A program made the translations under genes and the position numbers. Under the pieces are notes generated by a model. The model saw only the letters and a program-made list of their open reading frames with translations. It did not search any database and had not been told where the DNA came from. This document shows positions 1-13,756 of a DNA stretch of 64,000 nt, piece by piece (within the stretch, counting starts at the first letter, position 1; every line of letters starts with the position of its first letter). The stretch comes from Parasitella parasitica NRRL 2501 (taxonomy: Eukaryota; Fungi; Mucoromycota), in NCBI GenBank assembly GCA_025201805.1, contig MU619243.1, forward strand, positions 331,436 through 395,435, written 5' to 3'.

Positions 1-1
1 G

Positions 2-1147
2 AGCACAAGATTAGGCGTCACCGAAGAACTGTTAGAGCCTCAGCTGCTGGATGGCCAGGAACAATCCCTAGTTGATGATTACCTTAAGCTGGTGCGCAGA
101 AAATTGGTTGAATGGACATCCAATTTGATGCAATCTGAATCAAACGACTTTGTTGCTCGTCGCGATCCTCCAGAAATGTCGCCCGATGGCCAATTTGGGC
201 TGTCTGGGGCTGTTGATCTGTTTCAGATCATCAACCAGCAAATCGATGTCGCCGCTGATGCTAATCAGGGCAAATTGCTCTACCTTGTAGTGAACGAATG
301 TCATAAAGTGATGAAGGATTCTCAAGCCTTCTGGAAGAAGCTGCTGATGTCTGAACTGCAAAAGCAGTTTGAGCAACCCGACGCTGTACCTGAGGGCCTT
401 GTGGAATATGTCATGGCATTAGCGAACGATCAAATTAAATGTTCTGACTTTGCAAATGACATCTTGATTCGAGTGCCGCCTATCGTGGATGCCAATTACA
501 AGCTGCAAGTTGAAGACAAACTTTCTACAGCCATTGATGGCTATTTGCAAATCGCTGCAAGTGCTCGTGAAGCTTTGCTGGAGGTTACGTTTGGGGATAT
601 TAAGCCTGTGTTTGCCGATCTCTTCACCAATCGCTGGTACGAACAACCGTTGATCCCGTCAGTCATTGAAACTCTGAAGGATTACTGTGACGATTTCCAA
701 CATTTGAACAAGTTCATCTTTGACAAACTTATCCATGACATGCTGGATCGATTCCTAATGCTATATCTGGAAGCAATGAGTCACAAGAATTCCAAATTCC
801 AAATGGAGACCTGCTTGGAGCGCATTGAAAACGATGTTCGTCTTTCATTCAACTTTTTTGCAAAATATACATCTGTCGAAGAGATGGAAGACAGGTTCGA
901 CGTTATCGAAAAGGTTCATACGTTACTTGAAAGTAACCGTCGCATGATATTTGTGGACTACTATACGCTAAGACAGGCGTATCCGGATGTACCGCTCGCT
1001 TTTGTCGAAAATATACTCAAGAAACGGGACGATTTAGATAAATCTGCACTCAAAGATATTATGGAAGGCATCAAAGCGAAAGCCCGTGAATATGAACCTG
1101 ATGCAAATACCCCTCCAACCATTTTTAGTAGAATAAAATGGCAATAA
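2..1147 (+). CDS. SEC6: Exocyst complex component Sec6, 3' part; gene starts before the window
   Basis: Frame is open from base 2 (STRLGVTEELLEPQLLDG...). Contains Sec6-type motifs AVDLFQIINQQIDVA, PEGLVEYVMALANDQIKC, YPDVPLAFVENILKKRDD and a C-terminal PTIFSRI. Confidence 0.9.
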   Translation, partial: STRLGVTEELLEPQLLDGQEQSLVDDYLKLVRRKLVEWTSNLMQSESNDFVARRDPPEMSPDGQFGLSGAVDLFQIINQQIDVAADANQGKLLYLVVNECHKVMKDSQAFWKKLLMSELQKQFEQPDAVPEGLVEYVMALANDQIKCSDFANDILIRVPPIVDANYKLQVEDKLSTAIDGYLQIAASAREALLEVTFGDIKPVFADLFTNRWYEQPLIPSVIETLKDYCDDFQHLNKFIFDKLIHDMLDRFLMLYLEAMSHKNSKFQMETCLERIENDVRLSFNFFAKYTSVEEMEDRFDVIEKVHTLLESNRRMIFVDYYTLRQAYPDVPLAFVENILKKRDDLDKSALKDIMEGIKAKAREYEPDANTPPTIFSRIKWQ

Positions 1148-1609
1148 ATATTTGTGGCATTTTTTTTTTCTTCCTATTTTATAATTAATAAAATATTATC
1201 AGCTCATTCAAATACTACAGGCCACGATGTAAAGAGGGGATTATACAAGGCTTGGCTTATTATTGCGTACGCTTGCAAACATACGTCTGGTTCGGTCAGG
1301 CCCTTCAGTAAACTGATTTTTGCAGAATTAGGATAATTTCTGAAAATGGCATGTAGATTATTGGCTCTAGCATAAGGTGGGTCACCGAAACAAAGAGGGC
1401 ATCCAAGTTTCTCAAAGGATTTGCTGTAACTATAATAAAATTTTAGATGATGCTATAGTTAAAGATAGTGTCATATTTCTAACCCAAGAAACAGTTGATT
1501 TTTAATGTTCTTCAAATATTAAAGAAGATTAATAGCTTATTGTTCCCTCACAACAAGTGAGGGGCGAAAAATAATTTACAAGTACTTGGTCGTCATAAAT
1601 CATCCAAAT

Positions 1610-3262
1610 AACCGTAAAACCGCGATCTAGCTTGGAAAACTTAGCGTTGACTTGTAGCTATCCGGCAACAACAGTAATATTTATGTTTCATCGACCTCTA
1701 TAAGGTTTATATCAGATAATATCACAAATTTACATATCTAATCGCTGCTGATAGGTTGCCTTAAAAACCAAATCAAAGCCAGTCTATGTGCCATTAAATC
1801 AGGTATGATTATCGCTATTTGAGCTTAACTTGTTTTCCAGTGGGCAATGTCTCTATCAAAAGTTATTTGCAAAAACACTTTTATTTTTCAATATTTATCA
1901 TAAATATTAGATATTTGCTCATAACTTGTGTTAAAATGACCGTAGAACCGAGATCTAACATGGAAAACTTAGCGTTAACTCACCTCTATCTGGCAACAAT
2001 ATTGGTATCTGTAATGAAATGGCACCTATTATATAGCACCACAATTACATTAAAATAAAATCCAGATGGATCATGGCTGATCCATCCAAGAAAGAAATAC
2101 ATGAAAAGCACAAGTAAACATTAACAAGTGTTGGTAGAGGCTTGCACTCCTGATCAAAGTACAATCTCCTACAACACTGGCACATGCTAATGTTGAACAA
2201 CGCTACTCATAATTACAAATAAACAAATTCTAAACATGTATAAACAATGCAATTGTCAAAACAATTGCAATAATTCTAGATGCCAGAAATGGCTTGTTTA
2301 TTACACAATAAGGAAAGCTCAGTCGCATTAGAAATAATCAGGATCCTCAAATATGACAATCCTGCCCAAAACCATAGTATCAATTTCAATACCAACATAT
2401 CGAAATCTCAACTACAATACAAGTGAGAGAATGTCAACAAAAGTCATTCTTCAAATAAGCTGTAAAATAAGCATTCTCACTGTAGCGAGGCAATTTTACA
2501 AGTAGTATAAATACAAGCTCTCTTAAAGATCATGTATCTTTTCTTCAGTTTTCTTTTAATCGAAAATAAAGGTGAAAAGACTATAATTTTATTTCTCTGG
2601 CTTTATTTTTTTTTATTTTTTTTATTTTCACATAAAATTGATCCCAATTTTATTGCAGTATCCATGCTTTTATCAATATCTATAAAGTTATCACATGATA
2701 TCACAAATTGACATATCAGAATTGCAAATAATTGATGAAAGGCTTCGATAAACAGCAAAATAAACACTGTCTTATGGACCATAATAACAGGCATGATCAT
2801 CGCTATCTGAGCATAGCTTGCCTCCCACTCCACGATGTCTCTATCAAAAGTTATCTGCCAAAACAGTTTTATTTTTCAATATTTATCATAAATATTAGAT
2901 ATTTGCTCAGGACTTGTGCTAAAATGATTATAGAACCGCAATCTAACAACTTGGAAAACTTAGCATTGACTTGGCGCTATCTGGCAACAACATTTGTATG
3001 ATGTTTTTATTTAGATCTAGAAATTTATTTGCAGAAACCATTCGAAAATCGCATCTAAACGCTGATAGGCTATGATTAAGAGCAACAATAAGCCTGTTTT
3101 ATGCTTCATAAAATTAGGCATGATCATCGATATCTGAGCGTAACTTGGTTTCCAGTGGGCGATGCCTATCAAAAGTTATCTGCAAAAATAGTTTTATTTT
3201 TCAGATATTTGCTCATAACTTGTGCTAAAAAAAGATCATAGAACCGCAATCTATGGAAAACT
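1610..3262. repeat. Degenerate ~330-bp direct repeat: about 3 copies plus a partial copy, interrupted by ~640 bp of unrelated sequence
   Basis: Block (g)tctctatcaaaagttat..gc..aaa..ttttatttttca..atatttgctca recurs at ~1848, ~2837 and ~3165. Block aaccg..atcta..tggaaaact recurs at ~1618, ~1946, ~2934 and ~3242. Confidence 0.8.
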
Positions 3263-4436
3263 TTATAGTGTTGTGTCAGTAGCAAAATGTTGAATAAGTT
3301 TTATATAAAAAGAAGTAAATAAGACTTTCTCTGAATAAAACAGAGGTGCAAAACTGAATAGCTTTTATCGACATTGAAAAAGATACATGTATACAAAGAA
3401 GTTATCAGTATAGAATAACGAGTTTAAAAATTGGATATAGATGCATATACGTTTTGATACAGAGCAAAATAAAGCCTGTTTTACATCTGTCTACATTACA
3501 AAAATGGTCTGTTTACAAGGTGATCGTAATTCACCCATTATGAAAATGGGTCGTCCACAGTATTACACGAATTGTGTTTCATATAATCCGACCACACCAA
3601 CGTCAAGATACTATGTAAAAGTTTCTTGAACCTCTTGTGTAGGCAATCCGTTTACCTCCTGATCTACAATACCATTTCATCAAGTTGAAGGAGGATGTTG
3701 CAAGAAAATTAGCCAACAAGCTTAAAAAAAAACTACAATGTCAAACAGAGAGTAACGAATTGATTGGCATAAATGATCTGAGTGGTACTAGACAAGAAAA
3801 GAAATGAAAGGCGGAACCTGTTCTTTGATGAAAGGAAGCAAAGAGTCAAGTGTGAAGTGTGATTAGAAAGGAAACAACCAGAGGATAGCAGACAGGTACC
3901 AGAAGAGAATCGATGATGTATAATAATGAATAAGTCCTATGTAGACAAGCAAGAGTTCTCCAGCTTCCAAAGAAAATCATAGTGTTATAACTGGTAATGT
4001 ATATAGCAGGCTCATAGAAATTGTTCGTTTCAAAACACAGTTGATGGTTCTGGCAAGTTGTGCCCCTATTTCTTTATGCAATGGTGGGTTTCATGTCAAC
4101 TCCGTTCTTTAATTTGAACGGATTAGACATTTTGCCAACCAAAAGGACATTTTTAGGAAGGATGTTCACATTAAATTCAACCTGAGAAAGCATTTTATTG
4201 CGAGTATCGTAAGCGCTACGATATATTGGCGTGGCCACTTTTCAGCACCGTACGAGTCTTTTCTCGTTCCATGGCAGATACAGAAGCTTGAGATCACTAT
4301 TTCAGCGGTTTTCCAAACGCAATCACTTTTCTTTTTTTTTTNNNNNNNNNNNNNNNNNNNNNNNNNNNNNNNNNNNNNNNNNNNNNNNNNNNNNNNTTTT
4401 TCTTACTTTTTTTTTTATAAACCTTCTCCAACTATC

Positions 4437-7400
4437 ATGGTAGCTGCAACGCAGTCAGACCTTAATAACAGCAATGAGGACGCGCGAAGTACCAGCTCAA
4501 CTCTAGTTAGTGGGGAACACAATACCAGAAGCGATCAAGGGCCCGAAAGAACAACCACAGCAGCAACAGCAACAGCAACAGCAACATCTAGCACTAACAA
4601 CAATACCAACCCGCCGCAAATAAGACATGGCTTTGATCAAGATTTGTACGAAGAGGACATTATCCGATTCCTGTACTTTTCAGAAAAGAGACATGATACA
4701 AATGCCAAACCGAATGCTGTTGTGCGCAATGCCTTGAAGGATTGGGTACGAGAACATGGAATAGCATTCTTGTGCTTGCGCTTACTAACTCCCTTTTTTT
4801 TTTTTTTCTTCTTTATACAGCGACTTCGAGAAAGAATAAAAACTGTATCAGGTGAGAATTTTGGTGGCTCTCTGTCGAAGCAAGCTTTATTTATTTTATT
4901 AACAGGCTTCGCTAGGTCTTTTGGTAGTTTGCCTCAACATCGGCACTGATCCACCAGATATTGTCAAGACAAACCCTTGCGCAAAGTTAGAGTGCTGGAT
5001 TGACCCATTTTTGCTTATCCCACAAAAGTCTCTGGAAGCGATTGGAAAGAGTTTACACAACCAATATGAAACCATCAACGGACGCACTCGATTTAAGCTA
5101 TCACTAGACCCGTCAGTGGAGGAAACAAAGAAAGTTTGCTGCCAAATGCGACGAAATGCCAAGGAGGAGAGAATTTTGTTTCACTACAACGGTCATGGCG
5201 TGCCGAAACCAACTACAAGTGGCGAGATTTGGGTGTTTAATCGAAACTACACGCAGTACATTCCAGTTTCTTTGTTTGATCTGCAGTCGTGGCTGGGCTC
5301 GCCTGTCATTTATGTCTGGGATTGCTCAGCAGCCGGCAATATTATCAATGCGTTTAATAGATTTGCAGAGCAGAGAGACTCAGAAGCGTTGCGCCTTCAG
5401 CAACAACATCAATCAACATCAACGACACAGGCTTCGTGGAAGGATAGCATTCAGCTGGCTGCTTGTGGCCCTACAGAAACACTGCCCATGAATCCAGATT
5501 TGCCGGCAGACGTGTTTACAGCATGTTTAACAACTCCCATCGAAATGTCTCTGAGATGGGTGGTCATGCGCAACCCCCTACTAACTTCAAATATTACAAT
5601 GGACATGGTTTTGCAACTCCCAGGACGATCAACGGAAAGACGAACGCCCTTGGGCGAGCTGAACTGGATCTTTACTGCCGTCACCGATACTATTGCTTGG
5701 TGTGTCTTGCAGGATAAGCCCGAGCTCTTTAAGCGTTTGTTCAGACAAGATCTTACGGTTGCTTCCATGTTCCGAAACTATTTACTGGCTGAACGTATCA
5801 TGCGCTCATATCAGTGCACGCCAATGTCCACACCAAAGCTACCAGAGACGCATGACCATCCAATGTGGCAAGCTTGGGATTTAGCGGTCGACATGTGTCT
5901 GTTCCAACTCCCTGCCCTGAAAGCTGCTGAGGCCGGCGGACCCCCACATGAATACCAATCTAGCACCTTCTTTTCCGAACAATTAACTGCATTTGAAGTG
6001 TGGCTATCTGAAGGTGCTGTTAATCCCAAGATTCCAGAGCAGCTGCCCATTGTCTTGCAGGTGTTGCTCAGTCAAGTGCATCGTCTACGTGCGTTGATCT
6101 TACTAAGTCGATTTTTGGATTTGGGGCCGTGGGCTGTCAATGCTGCTTTGTCTGTCGGCATTTTCCCCTACGTTCTCAAGCTGCTACAAAGTCCTGCAGC
6201 CGAGTTGAAACCTGTGTTGGTGTTTATCTGGGCTCGTATTTTAGCAGTAGACAGATCTTGTCAGAACGATTTGCTAAAGGACCACGGCTATGCCTACTTT
6301 ATCAACATTCTGACACCCAACAATGCCATGCTAAGCATCCCTCATGTATCTGAACATCGAGCCATGAGCGCTTTTATTCTATCCGTGTTTTGCACCAACT
6401 TCAAGATGGGCCAACAGGCTTGCCTGAGAGGTAATGTCATCACGGCTTGTCTAGCTCATGTCAAAGATCCAGATCCACTCCTGCGTCAATGGATCTGTCT
6501 GTGTCTTGCCCAAGTCTGGATGAACAACAGCGAGGCCAAATCTGCTGCGATTGCTGAGAACGGACATGAGAAGCTGTGTGCCCTCTTGAGCGACAATGTG
6601 CCTGAAGTCCGTGCTTCTGCCATGTATGCGCTGGGCACATTTCTGGCTGACCCCAACAAAACTGAGCAGATTGTCAATATCGAGCACAATATTGCCATTT
6701 CTGCATTAGCTGTCATGTCTGATGGCTCTTCCATGGTGCGTAAAGAGTTTGTCATTGCGTTGTCTCACATCGTAGACCAGGCAGGTCCTTCCAAATTCTT
6801 GGCTGCTGCTAGTCAGACTATCGAGGAAGACCAATCCCAGCGCTCTGCGTTTGGCGAAGACCGTGGCAAGATGATGCGAGGCAGACAGTTCGAGTGGCGA
6901 GCTGCTTTGGACGGACATTTCGGCTCATCCAGTTATGATTCTGTGTATGCTGTGCTCTGGAAAGCGCTTTTGAACTTGTCTGTGGATCCTCACCCCGATG
7001 TCTCGTCTTTAGCTGCTACTGTTGTAGACCACATCAACTTGATCTTACTGAACACGCCCTTAATTGGTGAATATGCGTCCAATCTGGCTCGTGAATCAGC
7101 ACAACAGTCAGCTCAGGACAGCTCATCCATAGACCGTTCACATTCAATTGCAGATGAGTTACCGAATGCTGCTAAAAGACCTGTCAAACTAACGAGATCT
7201 GTTTCGTTTGCCTCAACATTACGGACGATATACAACTTTGGTAACCCATCCACCGAAAGCCACCAAACGCAAGTAGAGCGTGTAATCAACAGCAGCAACA
7301 ACAACAGCAACAGCGGCAATACCGCCACTAGCAGCATCACAAACTCCAAATCAACTGCAAAATCTAATGCCGTGTCCGCTTTAGATGAGAATGCATTGCC

Positions 7401-8850
7401 CTTGAGCTCGTGCTTTTATGAATGGAGCTGTGAATACTTTACAGAGCCTCAAATGAGAGTAAGTAATGAGCAAAATAACGTTGATTATTCTGTTTCTGAC
7501 TCGACAGCAATAGGCTGCAGAGGCAGATGAGCCAGGAAGTGTCGTATATACCCAACGTAAATGGCGTAGAAACCGCAATGAAAAGATCTTGCAAGAATCA
7601 AATGCAACCAAAGGCATGGCAGGGACCAGTCGCTGGGATGAGCAGATCAATTCCATGTACAACGATACAGAAGCAAGCCTATTGCTGTTGCATCAATTTG
7701 AACCTCATCTAGTAGCTGCTGATTCATACAATTGCGTAGTGTAAGTGTGTCCCATGCTTGGGGTAATGCGTTTGACTCATCAACTTTGTAGCGTTTGGGA
7801 TTGGAAATCAGGCACACCCCTTAGTGTTATTGACAACCACAACCCTGCTCATAGTAAGATTTCTGACATGAAGTTTATCAACGAGGAAGACGAGGCGTTG
7901 CTTTTGACCGGATCAGATGACGGTGTTGTAAGACTTTACAAGAATTACGATGGCAGTGACCAAGAACAGGCTGTCCTGGTGAGCTCATGGCGAGCCTTGA
8001 AAGACATGGAAAAGAGCAATTCTAGACAGAGTGGCCTTGTAAGTGATTGGCATCAGGCACGAGGCTTGTTGTTTACAGGCGGTGATGCTCGCATTATCAA
8101 AGTGTGGGATGTACATCAGGAGATGCCTGTCATGGATATTCCCACACAATCTCTTGGCTGCGTTACAAGCATCACCAGCGACCAAGTCAGCGGTAATATT
8201 ATCATTGCTGGATTTGGCGATGGCTCCATTTGCGTTTATGATCGTCGCTTGAGCCCTGAAGAAGCGTAAGTTGTTTGATGTAGGTTATGCATCATATGCT
8301 AACGATTCTACTAGTCGAGTCAAGAAATGGGAGGAACACAAGGCATGGGTGACAGGCGTTCATTTGCAACGCGAAGGCAATCGTGAGTTAGTGTCCGGTG
8401 GATTTGAAGGAGATATCAAGATTTGGGATATTCGTGAAACGCATTCATTACGTACCATTGAAGCCCACATCCACAGTGAAATGACTGCAGTTGCGGTGCA
8501 CGACCATAGCAGTGTGATTGCAAGGTAAAAAAAAAAACTAAAAAAAAAACCAGCGAGGTTCTTTTCATTATTGATAACCCAAATACCAAATCTCATCCAG
8601 CGCCGGCGACGATCAAGTTATTAAAGTATGGAATATGGACGGCAAGAGACTTTCGACTATTCGTCCTACATCTGGTTTCCTTGGTCAAAAGACATCTTCT
8701 ACTCGTACCCTAGGTTTCCATCCTAATCTGATGGTGATGGCTGCCAGTGGAAATGATGGTTATATAACTGTAAGTTGGAATTTGAAAAAAGCGGTAGCCC
8801 TCACGCATGTTATTAATCTTATTCAATGATAGCTATATGGTACACACTAA
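4437..8850 (+). CDS. KOG1: TORC1 subunit Raptor/Kog1/Mip1 (RNC domain, HEAT/ARM repeats, WD40); multi-exon
   Basis: Motifs LVVCLNIGTDPPDIVKTNPCAKLECW, ERILFHYNGHGVPKPT and LSVGIFPYVLKLLQS, plus C-terminal WD40 exons. The last exon reads LYGTH* and ends at 8850. Confidence 0.95.
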
Positions 8851-9363
8851 ATTTTGTACCTGATATTATTCATAGCACATTTATAGACAAGAATGTAACG
8901 TAAAGATACCAGTAGCTTCAAATGTCATATTTACAAATATATATAATAAAACAAGATAATAACGAATGGACCTGATTTTTGTTTGCAATGACGAGTCTGA
9001 GTGCTCGTCCTGTCGATAATTGATAATCTCAATGCACAACAAGTACTTAATTTAGCTTGACCCACAGCAAAAAGCCAGAGATGGAGGGGTGGGGGGGGAG
9101 GTTCATGCCACAGAATGCAATGCGGATTTTTGAGTGACAATTCGACATGCTAATTCATCAATTAGACCAAAGTACCATGAACGATTTCGACCTACCGCTG
9201 TGACTATTGCTTATTGTTCTCAAATGGGTTTGTTTGAACACAAGAACAGAAACCCTAAATTTCTCTCTCTCTTCTCTCCCTCTTATCTTATCTCTTTTTC
9301 CAATCATTTACTACCATTTCCACACTTTTTCATAAATACAAAATTCATAAATTCAAGGAATTA

Positions 9364-10404
9364 ATGGGACACGCTTGTTCCAAAGTTGTGAATACAACTG
9401 CTTTAGCAACATCTGTCGACCATGGGTCATTGATACCGCAGGGTATCTACACTGTGGACAATGATTATGATATCAACATAGTGCGACAGCTGATCAGAAA
9501 AGGTCAATTGGCTCCATTTTACACAGGTAACATAATACTGGGAGGTCATCCTCGTATATATATTGATCTCTTTGCAACATGTGTAGGGCTAAACGAGCCT
9601 TGCTCAAGTTATAAAAAATTGGCATACGAAACCGAGTGTCCGATTTGCTTTCTGGTAAGGGAAAATATGGCAGTTTTCCATAAGTTGATTTATTGATCTG
9701 GATCTCTTTTTATGGGATTATCTAGTATTACCCATCAAAGATGAACAGAACGAGATGCTGCGATAAATCAATCTGCACTGAATGCTTTCTTCAGCTCCGA
9801 AGATCGCTATCGTCGCCGCTTGTGCCTGCTGTCTGTCCGTTTTGCGTACAACCAAACCTCGGCGTACTGTATATCCCGCCAGAATGGAGCAAGCACCATC
9901 TGGCATTCAGGAATAGAAGATCGGATTTATTTGGTAGCACTGAGACGGATGATAAAAGAAGAAAATGGAGCTTAGATCCCAGTGATCCTGACGTTGTCCT
10001 AGTTGGTAAGCAAAATATGATTTTTTAAAGCTTGTTGTCCCCAAAGTGCTCACTAGTATTCTGCAGACACAATACGGCCGAAATGGGAAGAAATGCTCGA
10101 GGAGACGAGGGCGTCAGCAACTGGCACAACCCGTCGAAGAAGAGTTCAGCTGAATAATGGCGAGAGAGGTATGAGATCGACAAGAAGGCCATCGTCGTAT
10201 CATTTGACAAGATATTCATCACACGAGAGCGCTGGTACCATCTATGATACGCTTGCAGATGTGGATTTGGAAGATATACTTGTCATGGAGGCCATTCGAT
10301 TATCTTTGGTTACTGCTAACGCTTCAGCGAATGATCCTGCACCACCACTCAGTAGCAATGATGTACCAGTTATTGCAGCTACAACTACCACCAACAACAA
10401 CTAA
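9364..10404 (+). CDS. SIP5: Sip5-like RING/zinc-finger protein; multi-exon
   Basis: Motifs VDHGSLIPQGIY, IVRQLIRKGQLAPFY, ECPICFL(YYP), NRTRCCDKSICTECFLQ, CPFC and DLEDILVMEAIRLSL. Confidence 0.8.
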
Positions 10405-10941
10405 TGTATAATATATCTCTGTATATCCTATTTTCGCTTTTGTTTTTAATTCTTTATTTCTCTTAATGCTACAAATCACTAATTTTATTATAATAAATCG
10501 AACTTGCTTGTTCGCACAGCTGGGGGGGGGGGGTTTGTTGTTCTTGTTGATTGCTCTCCAACTTTGGGCTTGGATTTACACAAATTTAAATCAAATCCAT
10601 TTGTCGATTCAGTCCCAGAACCCCCAATGTGATATGGATCTATTGCTTTAGTTTCTAAACCTTCACTTTGCCACATAAACAATAGTTTTTGGGCCATAAC
10701 TTTTGTTCAAGGCACCACCTTGTCCAAAATTAGACATGCATATATCACATACTAAAGACAGGCTCATTTGCTGCATACTTTTTTTGCCGCTGCATGCCTT
10801 TATAACATCAACAGTTGGCTACAAAAATAATTGAATTCATACAAAAAATACACATGTACGTCTATAGTTTCGCATACAGGACAAACCAAATCAGGTTTTA
10901 TATTTTTCTACTACCACCATGATCAGAGCTATATGATGCAT

Positions 10942-10976
<35 letters not shown>

Positions 10977-11530
10977 NNNNNNNNNNTTTTTCACTGAGCA
11001 ACATGTGTAAAATTTATCAACAAAAGCAGTTTTTTTTTTGGCCGAAATAATAGCATTAAATAAAATTCTGTTACTTTTTCAATATACCAATTTGTTTTCT
11101 TGCCATGATAAACCGTCTTTTCTGCTAATTCTATTTTAATCAAAATATGTTTATAAGAAAAGAAATTCAAGGGCTAATTTATTTATACTGCTACTTTTAT
11201 TGCTTGTTCGGTGTGATAGCATGACATTTGGTATTAGCAGCTTTAGTAGGAAAGAAATCTCCCATAACATGCTCATTTTTAAAACAAGAGATTTATTATT
11301 TAAGGCCATCTATGCATACTTGTTTTGCTTGAAAAAAGAGCAATAAGAGTTATTTATTGTATTTTAAGCTTCAATCTCTTCAAAACCAAGTGTTGAATCC
11401 ACAGTTGCGACAACCCAAACTTCCCCAAATGCGACAAGTAAAATTTTGAATTCACGACTAATCATTTTAATTTACTACAAATTTGGTACGGATACCGTAT
11501 GCTTGCTCTTTTTCCTTTATTTAACACATA

Positions 11531-13756
11531 ATGCCGTTTGATAAAGAAAAGGAAAATGGAACAGTAAATAGTAATTTTTATACCAATCACTCTCTGCACC
11601 AAATGTATGGCTCTGGAAGTACGCCATACAACACCTCACCAGCTTCGTCACCCTCAGTAGGCGGTAACTATGCTATGTCGCTGTACAATACCAACAACAA
11701 TCGCTATCCTTTGCTTCAGCAGACAACCGAGGCAGCTTCTTCTCCTGTAGCAACGCCCCACCTAGCCAGACAGCTTAGTTATGCCCAGATATCTCGACAA
11801 TCTTCCTCGCCTCACCATCATGCTCGTGCTGCTGCTGCTGTGGCTCGCAATACACCAATATCATCAACCGTGACTATTACAGATCCCAATGATCCCAGCA
11901 GAATGTTTGCTAATAAAACAGGAGGCGGTGGTGGCAGTGGAGGAGGAGGAGGAGGAGGAAAGGAGGACCAGCAAGACATTGCTTGGACTTCACTTGATAT
12001 GGGCGGCATGGGGCTCAAAAACATTGCCTTGGCTATTTGCAACTACAAGTTCCTCACAGCGCTTTACATCAACCACAACAACCTGACCTATCTGATGCCA
12101 TCGTTATCTCAGCTCTGTAATTTGAAAATATTGGACGCTTCAGGAAATAAGCTAAGCATGTTACCTCCTGAGATAGGCCTCCTTTGCAATCTTAAAGAAC
12201 TGTTGCTGTTTGATAACAATCTAGTATCTTTGCCTGCCGAGTTTGGAAATTTGTATCAGTTGGAGACATTGGGTCTGGAGGGGAATCCGTTACAAGCAGA
12301 TTTGAAGAATATCTTGATCAAAGACGGCTCGCAAGCACTTGTCGTATCGCTTCGGGAAAATGCGCCAGGTAATGTTGCATCTGTGTATATCTCAGCGTGT
12401 GTAAGATTAACGAAATATGTCGTAGTGGGGATGCCTCCTCCTCATCGGGAATGGCTTCTAGTTGAAGGGGACACGATGGAAGATCCAGGTTTGTTGAGAT
12501 ATAGCCGCATACTGACGAGGACATGCAAAATTCTAATCTGAAATTGCATGTAGACAAGTTCACAGTACTGTGCTACAATATCCTCTGCCAGAAATATGCG
12601 ACGCCCCAGGCCTATGGTTACACGCCATCATGGGCATTGAACTGGGAATATCGTAAAGAGCTGTTGGTTTCTGAAATTTTGGGCTACAACCCGGATGTCT
12701 TTTGCTTGCAGGTATTGTATAAACTCGGTTTATAAAAAAAAGGAATTTCGCTACTAATGCCGACAAAAAAGGAAATGGAAATGGGTCAATACGAGGATTA
12801 CTTTGTAGATCATTTCAAAAAGATGGGCGATTATGACAGCATCTTTCATCCCAAAACTCGAGCGAAAACCATGTCTGAAAAGGAGAGACGGGTTGTCGAT
12901 GGCTGTGCAATTTTCTTCAAAACGACAAGATTCCGCCTAGTTGATCAAGAATACATCGAGTACAACCAAAAGGCTCTTCAACGCCCTGATTTCAAACAAA
13001 CCGTCGATATCTACAACCGAGTGATGAACAAAGACAATGTTGCTGTTTTTGCGCTTTTAGAAGATATCAACACCAAACAGCGCACAATTGTAGCAAACTC
13101 GCATCTACATTGGGTCCCTTCTGACGCCGATGTTAAATTAGTTCAAGTAGGCGTCATGATGGAAGAGCTGAAAGCTTTCGCCACTAAACACTGCTCGCCA
13201 TCCAACACCAACAATTACATATCTTGTGACAAAGTACCTACCATCATTTGTGGTGATTTCAACTCGGATCCTAATTCTGGTGTATACGAGTTCTTGAGTA
13301 AAGGCACTGTCCTACAAAACCACAACGACTTTGGCAACCATTCGTATGGCACATATACCACAGAAGGGTTATCACACTCTCTTTCCCTCAAAAGTTCATA
13401 CAGCAATGTTGGCGAATTACCTTTTACGAATTATACACCTGGCTACAAGGGCTCTTTAAGTTATATTTGGTATACGAGTACCTCTTTGGACATTGTCTCG
13501 CTTCTGGGCCCTATTGATCCCGACTATCTAACTAAAGTTGTTGGATTCCCTAATGCGCATTTCCCCTCCGAGTAAGCAGTAGCAACGTTGCATGTACATA
13601 CATATACCTTGAATGTTGGGCTAATTCCTTTCGCTTTTTTTTTTTTTATATAGTCATATTCCCATCATGGCAGAATTGAAATTCAAACCGCAAAACCGAA
13701 AAGAAGTGGTCAAGGCTGATTTTAATTCTAAAAGAACTAACAATAGAAATAAATAA
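11531..13756 (+). CDS. CCR4: CCR4-NOT deadenylase Ccr4 (LRR plus EEP nuclease domain); multi-exon
   Basis: LRR block, then CYNILC, CLQE, DGCAIF and CGDFNS. FPSDH is split by the last intron. The final exon ends with TAA at 13756. Confidence 0.93.

Noticed and set aside
1610-3262. Repeats as a CRISPR-like array or as coding ORFs (1819-2058, 2732-3001)
   Set aside because: Units are long and diverged with no unique spacers. The similar short ORFs are just translations of the repeat.
3430-4150. Possible transposase remnant upstream of KOG1
   Set aside because: No motif could be recognised with confidence.
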